Shown here piece by piece: positions 1-8,660 of a DNA stretch of 64,000 nucleotides. Under the pieces are notes generated by a model. That model was given only the letters and a program-made list of their open reading frames with translations, ran no database searches and had not been told where the DNA came from. This DNA comes from an uncultured Verrucomicrobiae bacterium (GTDB taxonomy: Bacteria > Verrucomicrobiota > Verrucomicrobiia > Chthoniobacterales > UBA10450). Position 1 is the first letter of the stretch. Each line of letters opens with the position of its first letter. The DNA lies in the NCBI GenBank assembly GCA_963815455.1, contig CAWFGO010000001.1:960001-1024000 (forward strand), given 5' to 3'. The position numbers and the translations under genes are program-made.

Positions 1-432
1 ATTGTCTCGCAACAATTTCGAAAGCGCGCGCACTTTTCCATCCACGCTCATCTCCTGCAATTGGGTTCGCCGAAAATATTGGAACGAATGTTCGAGCACC
101 CGCGCCATCTCCCAGGCCGTCGCCGGCACGCCGGCAATGGCCATGATAGAATGTCGATCGATCTCGAGAACTTTATCGGCTCGATCGTAAACCACCGTGT
201 TCCCCGACGTGGCCCGCCGGTCTCCGGCGACTAGAACGCCGCCGGAAAACTTGAACGCCAAAATCGTCGTCGCTTCGGTGGGCGCCCAAGGCCGGTGATC
301 GGATGCCGTTCCTCGGGCGGCAGGATCGACAATCGTCGCCTGGCCGAGCAATCCTTTGCGCCGAAGAAGCGCGGGAAACTCCTCGCCCGCGCCAGAAAAA
401 TTCTGGTCCAGTCCCACGGGGCCCGCTTCCAT
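1..432 (-). CDS. prcB: 20S proteasome beta subunit (Ntn threonine protease), 3' end runs off the window
   Basis: Manual translation (not in ORF track): MEAGPVG...WAPTEA-TTILAFKFSGGVLVAGDRRATSGNTVVYDRADKVLEIDRHSIMAIAG; TT..GDRRAT..KV..IAG beta-subunit signature after a 54-aa propeptide; start overlaps the UBact stop (TAATG). Confidence 0.9.
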   Translation of the reverse strand, partial: MEAGPVGLDQNFSGAGEEFPALLRRKGLLGQATIVDPAARGTASDHRPWAPTEATTILAFKFSGGVLVAGDRRATSGNTVVYDRADKVLEIDRHSIMAIAGVPATAWEMARVLEHSFQYFRRTQLQEMSVDGKVRALSKLLRDN

Positions 433-608
433 TATTGCCCCGTGCGCTGCCGGTAGCGCTTGGACTGGTTCGGATCGACCTTGCGCATTTTCTTCAAAAG
501 ATCCTTGGTGTCGGGCCTGGAAATGTCCGGCGAACGCGGCCCGCCGCCATCGCCTTGTTTAGGCCCCCATGGCGCCGGATCCATCGGCTTTTGAATGCGC
601 TCAGGCAT
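432..608 (-). CDS. ubact: Ubiquitin-like protein UBact (58 aa)
   Basis: Manual translation MPERIQKPMDPAPWGPKQGDGGGPRSPDISRPDTKDLLKKMRKVDPNQSKRYRQRTGQ; ends in the R[ST]G[EQ] motif and is coupled to a proteasome beta gene. Confidence 0.9.
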   Translation of the reverse strand: MPERIQKPMDPAPWGPKQGDGGGPRSPDISRPDTKDLLKKMRKVDPNQSKRYRQRTGQ

Positions 609-756
609 GGTAAAAAATTAAAGCCAAATGCTTGAAAGGCAAGCTGGCGAATCGCGGTCCTCTTCGCTTCAGGACGCTCTGGTGTGGCACGCGGTGCCCT
701 CCCAATTGCCGAGGACGCTTGCCAGATAAACACGCCGGTGCCAACATTGTCGAGGA

Positions 757-1242
757 ATGAAGCTGGTCCGTGTATTTGTTGGCATTTTCGCTTTTGGTCT
801 GTCGTTCGTTTCAGCCCAAACCTTTACTCCCACTCCGGCCAGAGACATTCCGGCCAAACCAGCGTCGGCGGAAAGTTTGCAACTCCAGGCTTTGACCAAA
901 AAAATCGCGGAGCAAAACGCGAAGATCGACATCCTTTCCCAGCAAATTCTTAAGCTCGAGCAGCAGCTTACGCACATGCGTCCGGGAGTCATGATCGGTG
1001 AAGCCGAACGATCGGCGGCAACGTCCGCACCGGCGGCAACGCCCATGCCGCGCCTGCCAGGAATAACTACGCATACCGTAGCGCGCGGAGAGACGCTGAC
1101 CTCTATCGCCAAAGTTTATGGCGTTTCAGTGAGCGAACTGCAGCACTTCAATCGCATCGAGGACCCGCTGAAGTTGCGTGCAGGTCAGACGCTCATGATT
1201 CCCCCGCCGGCGACGCCCGTTTCGTCATCGTCAGGCGAGTGA
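757..1242 (+). CDS. Secreted coiled-coil + LysM peptidoglycan-binding protein
   Basis: Signal peptide, coiled coil, then LysM motif HTVARGETLTSIAKVYGVSVSELQHFNRIEDPLKLRAGQTLMIP. Confidence 0.85.
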   Translation: MKLVRVFVGIFAFGLSFVSAQTFTPTPARDIPAKPASAESLQLQALTKKIAEQNAKIDILSQQILKLEQQLTHMRPGVMIGEAERSAATSAPAATPMPRLPGITTHTVARGETLTSIAKVYGVSVSELQHFNRIEDPLKLRAGQTLMIPPPATPVSSSSGE

Positions 1243-1245
1243 TCG

Positions 1246-1815
1246 ATGGAACAGCCGTCGAACCAGCACTGGTTTTTACGCAAACACGGCGACGGCAGCA
1301 TTTTTGGCCCGCTGTCGTTCGAGCAACTCGCCCTCTGGGCATCGACTGCGCAAATCGCGCCGCATGATTCGCTCTCCACCGATCAGCAATCGTGGATCAA
1401 GGCACCCATGTTATCCCATCTCGGGATGGATTGGCTGGTTGAGATTACCAGCGAACATTACTACGGACCGACCACCCTCGGGGCCATCCAGGAATTCATC
1501 CGGCTCGGCGAGATCAACGAAGACACCTTCGTCATCAACACGTGCGATGGAACTCGCCGCCAGATCCAGGAAATGCCTTCGTTACTCGAAATGGCCCGAG
1601 CCGAGGCGGACGCCGACACGATCGAAAATGAATCGTTGCCCGCCAATGAGCCTGCCGCCACCGGCATTTCGATTCGGCTCCAGGAACGTATCCGCGATCT
1701 CGAACAGGCCCTGCGCGAAGAACGCCGCTCACTCATGGAAGCGGAGCAACGGTACCAGGAGCTTGAACAAAAATACCTCGAACTGGCCCAGCAGGTTTCC
1801 GAGCCGGCCGGGTAA
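1246..1815 (+). CDS. Tandem GYF_2 (DUF4339)-like domain protein with C-terminal coiled coil
   Basis: Two W...GP.(S/T)..(L/I)....I repeats; heptad-rich C-terminus. Confidence 0.6.
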   Translation: MEQPSNQHWFLRKHGDGSIFGPLSFEQLALWASTAQIAPHDSLSTDQQSWIKAPMLSHLGMDWLVEITSEHYYGPTTLGAIQEFIRLGEINEDTFVINTCDGTRRQIQEMPSLLEMARAEADADTIENESLPANEPAATGISIRLQERIRDLEQALREERRSLMEAEQRYQELEQKYLELAQQVSEPAG

Positions 1816-1821
1816 ATATTC

Positions 1822-1903
1822 TGCCAGGGAGGGGACTCGAACCCCTAAGGATTGCTCCACCAGATCCTAAGTCTGGCGCGTCTGCCAATTTCGCCACCCT
1901 GGC
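1822..1903 (-). tRNA. tRNA-Leu(TAG), CCA not encoded
   Basis: GCCAGGGTGGCGAAATTGGCAGACGCGCCAGACTTAGGATCTGG...GGTTCGAGTCCCCTCCCTGGCA: acceptor stem, D loop, anticodon TAG, long variable arm, T loop. Confidence 0.97.
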
Positions 1904-1955
1904 GCGAGTGTAAGGAATGTTTATCGGAAGCGACCAATCTGCAAAGGCCCTGCTT

Positions 1956-2279
1956 ATGAAAATCAATAATTCTCGCTTCGATAGTTTGGTCGCTCGATAT
2001 TATCCCGCGGTTTATGGAATGGCCGTCAGGCTGACCGAAGATCCGCGTGAAGCCGTTGCGCTTACTGCCCAGCGTGCGCGGCCCGAAAATCATCGCCGAT
2101 ACCAATGGCCGGTATCGCGACGAACCGGCGCGCTCGAAGGCTCGGCCAAAACCCAGTGTGACGAACACATCGGAACATTTCTGGCCAGCCTCATGCCCGG
2201 CGATCGCAGCCCGAGCCCGGCTTCCGTTGGGCGCGCGCCCGCTCCGGAGGAAGCTGCTTGCCTCGTTGAAGCCGCCTGA
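1956..2279 (+). pseudogene. ORF with an ECF sigma region-2-like N-terminus (FDSLVARYYPAVYGMAVRLTEDPREAVAL) and an unrecognisable remainder
   Basis: The first ~38 codons resemble the start of sigma70 region 2; similarity is lost after about 2070. Confidence 0.35.
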
Positions 2280-2501
2280 TGAATTAGATGTACCTCGACG
2301 CCTCCGACAACTGCAATGGCATCGACAAGCAGATCGAGGCTCGCCCGCCCGCGCAGCAATCGCAAGATCGACAACGTTCTTCGTCGCGCCTACCGAAGAT
2401 TCGACAGAAGCAAGGAAACTGAAAGACTATTGCGACGATATCTCATCGCGTAGCGGCGAACGGCACGACCGGCGCCGGGCTCGACAACCGACGAAACGCA
2501 G

Positions 2502-3140
2502 CTATTCCAGGCCGGTCGAGCCATCTAGGTTCCAGCTTGGTTTGCCGGAGGCAACCGCGCGTGCCGCCATTTCCGCCGGAACCCTGTCATTCAGCGCGCG
2601 ATAGCGAACCCCACCTTCGTAAGCGTAAAGCGGAACGTATTTGTTACGCCTTTCCTTTTGGAGCCTGACCGCATGCCGGCTGAATGTCGGATCGAGAACA
2701 TACCTTCCGTTTGTGGTCTCCCATTCCAACCAGGCATGGGTAAACCAATCACCGGCCCGGCGCCTGCCGATGATCAAACGAAAATCCGTGGCACCGATCT
2801 GACGCATGATTTGGTAAAGAGTCACCGCCTTGCCCTTGCAATCCGCCCTCTTCGTCAGACCAACCTCAGCCGGCGTCTTCCATTCTTTTGAATATCGATA
2901 GGGAATCCGGCGCAGCCGGCTCATCCATTGATTGACAACCGCCAGAGAAACTTCGTCGGCCGGCTCAGCTTCAACCGCGGCCAGGATCGGTTGCACACGC
3001 AGCATCTGACGATCGTAAGGTGTGGAGTCGACCACAAACAATATCGGGCGGGCCAATGCGGTAGATGCCAGGCCGACAACCGCCAGGAGTGATAAATGAA
3101 AGCACTTGAATCGTCGGGATGAGAGCGATTTCCGGACCAT
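2502..3140 (-). CDS. Secreted transglutaminase-like cysteine protease (BTLCP/LapG-like), paralog 1
   Basis: WKTPAEV..ADCKGKA, THAWLEW and YVLDPTF give a Cys-His-Asp triad; signal peptide; start placed at ATG 3140 downstream of a sigma54-like motif. Confidence 0.75.
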   Translation of the reverse strand: MVRKSLSSRRFKCFHLSLLAVVGLASTALARPILFVVDSTPYDRQMLRVQPILAAVEAEPADEVSLAVVNQWMSRLRRIPYRYSKEWKTPAEVGLTKRADCKGKAVTLYQIMRQIGATDFRLIIGRRRAGDWFTHAWLEWETTNGRYVLDPTFSRHAVRLQKERRNKYVPLYAYEGGVRYRALNDRVPAEMAARAVASGKPSWNLDGSTGLE

Positions 3141-3153
3141 GACGCTCTCATAA

Positions 3154-3169
3154 AGCAGTGCCCATGCCG
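3154..3169 (-). promoter_or_regulatory. sigma54-like -24/-12 promoter
   Basis: CGGCATGGGCACTGCT (GG-N10-GC), nearly identical to the motif before the paralog at 20825. Confidence 0.6.
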
Positions 3170-3300
3170 CGCGGATTGGCTGGTCAGGTAGATAAAAAAG
3201 CAGACGGCATTTTGCAGCATCGACAACGGACAGGCTCGAAAACCATTGCGCGATCCCCAGTTGGGCTGGCACTGTATTCTACGTCAACCAAGAGGTAAGG

Positions 3301-5337
3301 ATGACCGCAGAAAGGGTGACTTTTTATTCTCCCACGCTGGTGCCGGCATTGCACCGCATCCAGCGACAGTTCGGCTATCTAAAGCCGGAGGCCCTCGAGG
3401 AGTTTTCCAAAGAAACGGGCGTGCCGCAGTACCGGCTTCAAGCAGTAGCCAGTTTCTTCCCTCATTTTCTGCTCACTCCTCCTAAGAAAGTTGTGTTGCG
3501 GGTCTGTCGCGATTCGTCCTGCCATTTGGCCGGCTCGGGGAGGATGCTGCGAGAACTGGATGCCTTGACGAGCGAACACGTTGCGATTGAGGGAGTGTCG
3601 TGTCTGGGCCGATGCGATCGAGCGCCGGCAGCGTGCGTCGCGATGCAGGGCCGCGAGCACGATAACTATTATCTCGGCCGATCAGTTGATGAATTAAGGA
3701 CGGTCGTTGCCGCGACTCTCGCTGGTGCGCCGCCAGCGCCAGATCGAGATACGGATCACATCTCGGTGAACGACGACGCCGTGATCGACCCCTACAAAGG
3801 AGAGTCACCCGATTATCGCGCGGTGCGCGCGGCGATAGCGGCGCGCGATGCCTCGCTGAACGGAGCCATCGAAATTCTAAAATCGAAGGCGGGATGGACT
3901 CCGGGAATGCTCGACAACTTCCGGGCCGCGGCCATTCGCCAAATGCGCGTTGATTTCGAATTGGCTCCCCCTGTTCGCGAAGCCGTGCGTCATTGGCAGA
4001 CAGAAAATGACTGGGCCAAAGGTCCGGAGTTGGGCGGCTGGTCCGACATCATTCTTGATGAGATCAAGGAGGCCGATCTCCGTGGACTGGGCGGCGCAGG
4101 AATCCCGGCAGTGCAAAAGTGGCGGGATGTACGCGATGCCGTGCGCACGGCCCGGCTGCGGGAGGAAGACGATCGCGCGTTTATTGTGGTCAATGGCGAC
4201 GAGAGCGAGCCGGGCACATTCAAAGATCGCGAGCTTCTGCTTCGCACTCCTCACCTGATCGTGGAAGCGGTGATCCTGGCGGGCATGATGACCGAGGCCA
4301 CTCAAGGTTTCATATATATTCGCCATGAATACACCGAGCAGATCGAGGCCTGTCGGGCCGAGATTCGCCGGGCGGAGCAGCTCGGCTTTTGCGGCGAAAA
4401 CGCGGCCTCGATTGGACGGCCCTTTCTCGTTTCCGTATTCGTTAGCCCGGGCGGTTATATTTGCGGCGAACAGAGCGCGCTCATCGAGGCCATGTCGGAT
4501 CGGCGTGGCGAGCCGCGAAACATGCCGCCGAAATTGGAGACCAACGGCCTGGAGGACCTTCCCACACTGGTGAGCAACGTGGAAACATTTGCCTGGGTTC
4601 CGTTTATCTGTCTCAACAGCGGAAAAGCATACGCGGAACAGGGAGCGAATAGCTGGAAAGGGCGGCGATATTTTTCTGTCTCGGGCGACGTCAAGCGTCC
4701 GGGTGTTTACGAAGTGCCGATGGGGATGACGCTGCGAGAGTTGATTTACGGCGAGAAATATTGTCAGGGCATCGCGGGCGATAAACAGCTCAAGGGGTTC
4801 GCGCCTTCGGGCCCATCCGGCGGATTTCTGCCGGCGAAACTCAAGGCGAACAAGGGTCTGCCTCGCGATCTTGAAAATAATAAGAGCTGGCAGGCGTTGG
4901 CGGGGCGGCGCGGTCTCAATCCGGTCTCGACCGAGCTCGACATTCTCGATCTCGAGCTGGAGCTAAATCTTTTCCGAGCCTTAAGCCCCACTCAGGCATT
5001 GGGCGCCGGGCTGGTCGTCTACTCGGAAGATCGAGATATGGCCGAGCAAGCCGTAAATTCCGTGGAATTTTTTCGCAATGAATCGTGCGGCAAATGTGTG
5101 CCCTGCCGGCTGGGATCGCAGAAGCTGGCGTCTCTCGGATCGCATCTACTCAACGGAAAGATTGCCGAGCAACACTGGAACGACGAAATTTTTCCAATGA
5201 TTAAAGAGATGGGGCGAGCGATCGAACTGGCCTCGATTTGCGGACTGGGGCGATCGGTCCCGGTGCCTCTCACGACAACCGCCGCCTTTTTCGAAGAAGA
5301 CGTGACCAAGCATCTCTCGACAGGATCGGGAGCCTAA
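3301..5337 (+). CDS. nuoEF: Fused NuoE-NuoF NADH dehydrogenase (diaphorase) module
   Basis: N-terminal thioredoxin-like [2Fe-2S] ligands CRDSSC...CLGRC; NuoF motifs RGLGGAG, NGDESEPGTFKDR, GYICGE, ESCGKCVPCR, SICGLG. Confidence 0.9.
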   Translation: MTAERVTFYSPTLVPALHRIQRQFGYLKPEALEEFSKETGVPQYRLQAVASFFPHFLLTPPKKVVLRVCRDSSCHLAGSGRMLRELDALTSEHVAIEGVSCLGRCDRAPAACVAMQGREHDNYYLGRSVDELRTVVAATLAGAPPAPDRDTDHISVNDDAVIDPYKGESPDYRAVRAAIAARDASLNGAIEILKSKAGWTPGMLDNFRAAAIRQMRVDFELAPPVREAVRHWQTENDWAKGPELGGWSDIILDEIKEADLRGLGGAGIPAVQKWRDVRDAVRTARLREEDDRAFIVVNGDESEPGTFKDRELLLRTPHLIVEAVILAGMMTEATQGFIYIRHEYTEQIEACRAEIRRAEQLGFCGENAASIGRPFLVSVFVSPGGYICGEQSALIEAMSDRRGEPRNMPPKLETNGLEDLPTLVSNVETFAWVPFICLNSGKAYAEQGANSWKGRRYFSVSGDVKRPGVYEVPMGMTLRELIYGEKYCQGIAGDKQLKGFAPSGPSGGFLPAKLKANKGLPRDLENNKSWQALAGRRGLNPVSTELDILDLELELNLFRALSPTQALGAGLVVYSEDRDMAEQAVNSVEFFRNESCGKCVPCRLGSQKLASLGSHLLNGKIAEQHWNDEIFPMIKEMGRAIELASICGLGRSVPVPLTTTAAFFEEDVTKHLSTGSGA

Positions 5338-5351
5338 CTAAACCAAACCAA

Positions 5352-7862
5352 ATGGCTGTACAATCCGATTTCGTCGCCGGGATGTTCGTTCGCGACGATG
5401 ACGAAGGATTATTCAGCCGCGACATCAACGGCCAGCTCGTTCGGTTGGATGCGCCTACCGAATCCGATTACGAAAAAAATGTAACCCTCCAGATCGATGG
5501 CGTGCCGGTTACCGTGCCGCTGGCCGAGCCGTTGACCGATGCCAATGGCAACATCGTCCTCGATTTGCAGGGACGCACCACGCCGCGCTACACCACAATT
5601 TACGATGCCGCTCGCAAGCTTTACGTCGAGCAGGTCGGCGACGAAAAGAAAATTCCGATTCCGGTTCTTTGCCATCAACCCCACATGCATCCGGTCGCCG
5701 TCTGCCGGCTTTGCGTGGTGCAAATCTACGGCCAGAAACGAGGCCGTCGGGCGGCCGAACGCAAGTTACTGCCCGCCTGTCAGCACCAGGTCAGGGATGG
5801 GATGGAAGTCTTCACCATGAATGCGCCGGGGCCCGATGGCGATCGGGTCCGGCAAACTGTGAAAGTCGTGACAGAACTCCTGGCCGCCGATCATCTCAAG
5901 CCAGCGAGTCCCCCCGAGTTGGAGAAGGAACTCGCGGAGTTTAACGAGCTTCGGCAAATGACCGAACGCTGCGGCGCGGACCCATCGCGATTCAAACTGG
6001 ACGTCTTGTCGGATCCGCCGCCGCTGGCGCGGCCGCGGGCCGGGCGGCGCGAGCCCGATTCTTCCTCGCCGGTCTTTCTTGTCGATCACACCGCCTGCAT
6101 TTTGTGCGATCGTTGTGTGCGAGCATGCGACGACGTGAGAGAAAACCACGTCATTGGCCGTACCGGAAAGGGAATCACCGCCGGCATCGGGTTCGATCTA
6201 AACGGTCCAATGGGTCAATCGACCTGCGTTCAATGCGGCGAATGTCTGGTCTCCTGTCCTACTAGTGCGATCACATTTAAGTCCGTCGCTCAGGTCAATA
6301 TTCTCACTCATGACCGTTCGTCAGAAGTGTTGACCGCGAGAGAATTGATCTCCGATCCCATCTTCGCCGGAATTTCATCCAAGTTTTTGCTCTGGCAGCG
6401 GGGCCTGGTCATCCGCCGTCGAGTCCGGGCCGGTCAAATCCTGTGCCGCCAGGGAGATCCCGGCAACACTGCGTTCATCATCCGGCGCGGTAAATTCCAA
6501 GTGACCGTGTTCCCGCGGGCACCCAGATCGGGGCGAGCCGTTTCGTGGTTCGATCGCCGGAAGCCGGTCTTCGAAGCGCAAGTGACTCCCGCGGATATGA
6601 TCCTCGGCGAAATGGCGTGTCTGAGTGGATCGCCTCGATCGGCCAATGTCACCGCGCTCGAAGAAGGCGAAGTCTGGGAGATTCGTCGCAATGTCCTCGA
6701 CCGGCTGATGCGACTTCCCAGCCAACGGCAGCGTTTTGAATCTGAATACCGGGAGCGCTCCCTGGATCTCGCTCTGCAGGACACCGATTTGTTCAAGGGA
6801 ATCGAGCCGGGTGAATACGGCCGGATCGTGGATTTTCTTCGACACCGCCTCGTCTTCGTTCGAGTTCACGCCGGGCAAACTCTCTTCGAGTATGGCGACG
6901 TCGCGACTCACATGTATTTCGTTCGGCTGGGGCACGTCCGTATCAGCGTTCCTCAACACGGCCGCGAGGCCAAGGTCATTTCGTCCGGGCCGGGCGCAGT
7001 TCTTGGCGAGATCGGGTTACTCGCCTTAACTCCAGCCGATGAACGAAAAACGGCCGATGAAGTCGATCGCGCGGTGAAAGCAGCGCTCGATCAGGCGGGC
7101 GACGACCTGACCCGGGTTTTTCCGCCAGGCCACCGTTCCGCAACCTGTTCTGCCTTGAATCATCTGGAATTGACTCAGCTTAGCCGCGCAGATTTTCTCG
7201 AGATGTTGCGCAAGTTCGGCGTGCTGCGCCGACGAATCGTCGAACAATCTCTCGCCCGGTTACACAGCTCAACCGTGGGTCATCGCCTCCTCGATGAGTA
7301 CGTCGCCCAGGGTCTTTACGAGGGTCAAAGCGTTCTCGTTCTCGACCTGGATAATTGCACCCGGTGCGACGCCTGCACCCAGGGCTGTGTCGAGCAACAC
7401 GGGACCGCCACCCACGGTATCCCAATCCCGCGCCTTCTCCGGGACGGACGGCGCCTGGATAACTTTCTGGTCGCGACCTCCTGTCGATCCTGCACCGATC
7501 CGCATTGCATGGTCGGATGTCCGGTCGACTCGATTCATCGAGGCAAGCACCTGCAAATCGTCATCGAAGATCATTGCATCGGCTGTGGCTTGTGCGCCGA
7601 AAACTGTCCCTACGGCAGCATCTTCATGATTCCTAACGAGCGACATCGCTTCGCCGTGGCCGATGTGGGACACGCCGGACAAACGCACCTGGTCGGTCAA
7701 CTCAAGGCCGCTAATTGCGATCTCTGCGATGCCAGAGGCGACCTATCCTCGCCCGACCCAGCATGCGTAGCCGCATGTCCACACGATGCCGCCTTCCGTA
7801 TGACCGGCCCCCAACTGCTCGAGCGCGTCATGAAATCGCACGTCCACGAAACGGACTGGTGA
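5352..7862 (+). CDS. NuoG/HydA-N-like Fe-S protein fused to two cNMP-binding domains and a 4x[4Fe-4S] ferredoxin
   Basis: [2Fe-2S] LCH..VCRLC..LPAC; CILCDRCVRAC and CVQCGECLVSCP; two cNMP domains (GEMACL..PRSANV; GEIGLL..RSATC); 16-Cys C-terminal DmsB/NrfC-type domain. Start taken at ATG 5352. Confidence 0.85.
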   Translation: MAVQSDFVAGMFVRDDDEGLFSRDINGQLVRLDAPTESDYEKNVTLQIDGVPVTVPLAEPLTDANGNIVLDLQGRTTPRYTTIYDAARKLYVEQVGDEKKIPIPVLCHQPHMHPVAVCRLCVVQIYGQKRGRRAAERKLLPACQHQVRDGMEVFTMNAPGPDGDRVRQTVKVVTELLAADHLKPASPPELEKELAEFNELRQMTERCGADPSRFKLDVLSDPPPLARPRAGRREPDSSSPVFLVDHTACILCDRCVRACDDVRENHVIGRTGKGITAGIGFDLNGPMGQSTCVQCGECLVSCPTSAITFKSVAQVNILTHDRSSEVLTARELISDPIFAGISSKFLLWQRGLVIRRRVRAGQILCRQGDPGNTAFIIRRGKFQVTVFPRAPRSGRAVSWFDRRKPVFEAQVTPADMILGEMACLSGSPRSANVTALEEGEVWEIRRNVLDRLMRLPSQRQRFESEYRERSLDLALQDTDLFKGIEPGEYGRIVDFLRHRLVFVRVHAGQTLFEYGDVATHMYFVRLGHVRISVPQHGREAKVISSGPGAVLGEIGLLALTPADERKTADEVDRAVKAALDQAGDDLTRVFPPGHRSATCSALNHLELTQLSRADFLEMLRKFGVLRRRIVEQSLARLHSSTVGHRLLDEYVAQGLYEGQSVLVLDLDNCTRCDACTQGCVEQHGTATHGIPIPRLLRDGRRLDNFLVATSCRSCTDPHCMVGCPVDSIHRGKHLQIVIEDHCIGCGLCAENCPYGSIFMIPNERHRFAVADVGHAGQTHLVGQLKAANCDLCDARGDLSSPDPACVAACPHDAAFRMTGPQLLERVMKSHVHETDW

Positions 7863-7890
7863 TTTTCTGGGCGCCGCTAGGGTTGCCCCT

Positions 7891-7939
7891 GGAGGGACAT
7901 GCTTCCGCATGTCCGGGACGCGCCGAAGCGCGTCCCTCC
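7891..7939. repeat. REP-like palindrome between convergent genes
   Basis: GGAGGGAC...GTCCCTCC ends with internal hairpins GGACATGC/GCATGTCC and GGGACGCG/CGCGTCCC. Confidence 0.6.
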
Positions 7940-7969
7940 GCCTGAACAGAACCTCGACGTCGGAAGAGG

Positions 7970-8653
7970 TTAACTTGCGGAAGGTGGCCCGGCTGGCGGC
8001 GATATACCCGGCGCCGATGTTGAGCCTGATGTTGTAGCCGCCTCGCTCTGTCGAGGCGAAGGTGCAGCACTTGGCGTTGTGGCCGCCTTTGCCGCGGCCG
8101 CTTCCGCGGCGGCTTTCTTCTTTGCTTCCGCCGCAGCCGCGGCTTGAGCAAGGTTTGCATCGACATCGGCAGCTTCGATCGGATGAATCTTGTGATAATA
8201 ACCGTTCGATTTCGCGAGATCGTTCTTGCGCATCAGCAACGCATCGAAGCGCTCCCGCGTACTCAATTCGAAATCCTTATCCATCTTGATCGCTTCGAAC
8301 GGGCAAACCTCGACGCAAATCTGGCAGCTCATGCACACCGATATGTCGATGTCGAACACCGCCGGATAAAACTGCGGTTTGCCCAGGTAATCGGGCTTTT
8401 TGTCTTCGCTCTTAATAATATAGATGCACTGCGGCGGGCATTCCTTCTCGCAAATCTTGCACGCCACACAGCGCAAACCCGCCTCCGGGTCGTCGGTGTC
8501 GTAAATCAGAAACGGAAAGTTCCGGTAATTTTCCGGCAACGGGTTCCGCTCTTCCGGATATTGCACCGTGATCAGCCGATCCTTTTCGAAATAACTCCCG
8601 GCGAAGTTACGCAACGTAACCGCCATGCCCTTGAGTATGCCTGTGCCGATCAT
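7970..8653 (-). CDS. nuoI: NADH-quinone oxidoreductase subunit I with an Ala/Pro-rich tail
   Basis: TVQYPEE, CVACKICEKECP, CMSCQICVEVCP. Confidence 0.93.
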   Translation of the reverse strand: MIGTGILKGMAVTLRNFAGSYFEKDRLITVQYPEERNPLPENYRNFPFLIYDTDDPEAGLRCVACKICEKECPPQCIYIIKSEDKKPDYLGKPQFYPAVFDIDISVCMSCQICVEVCPFEAIKMDKDFELSTRERFDALLMRKNDLAKSNGYYHKIHPIEAADVDANLAQAAAAAEAKKKAAAEAAAAKAATTPSAAPSPRQSEAATTSGSTSAPGISPPAGPPSAS

Positions 8654-8660
8654 GCGATTC

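Noticed and set aside
1822..1903. tRNA-Leu as a prophage or island attachment site
   Set aside because: No integrase nearby and I saw no duplicated tRNA 3' end in the window.
7970..8150. Ala/Lys/Pro-rich NuoI tail as a separate domain or repeat element
   Set aside because: Low-complexity, probably disordered tail with no inverted-repeat structure or functional motif.
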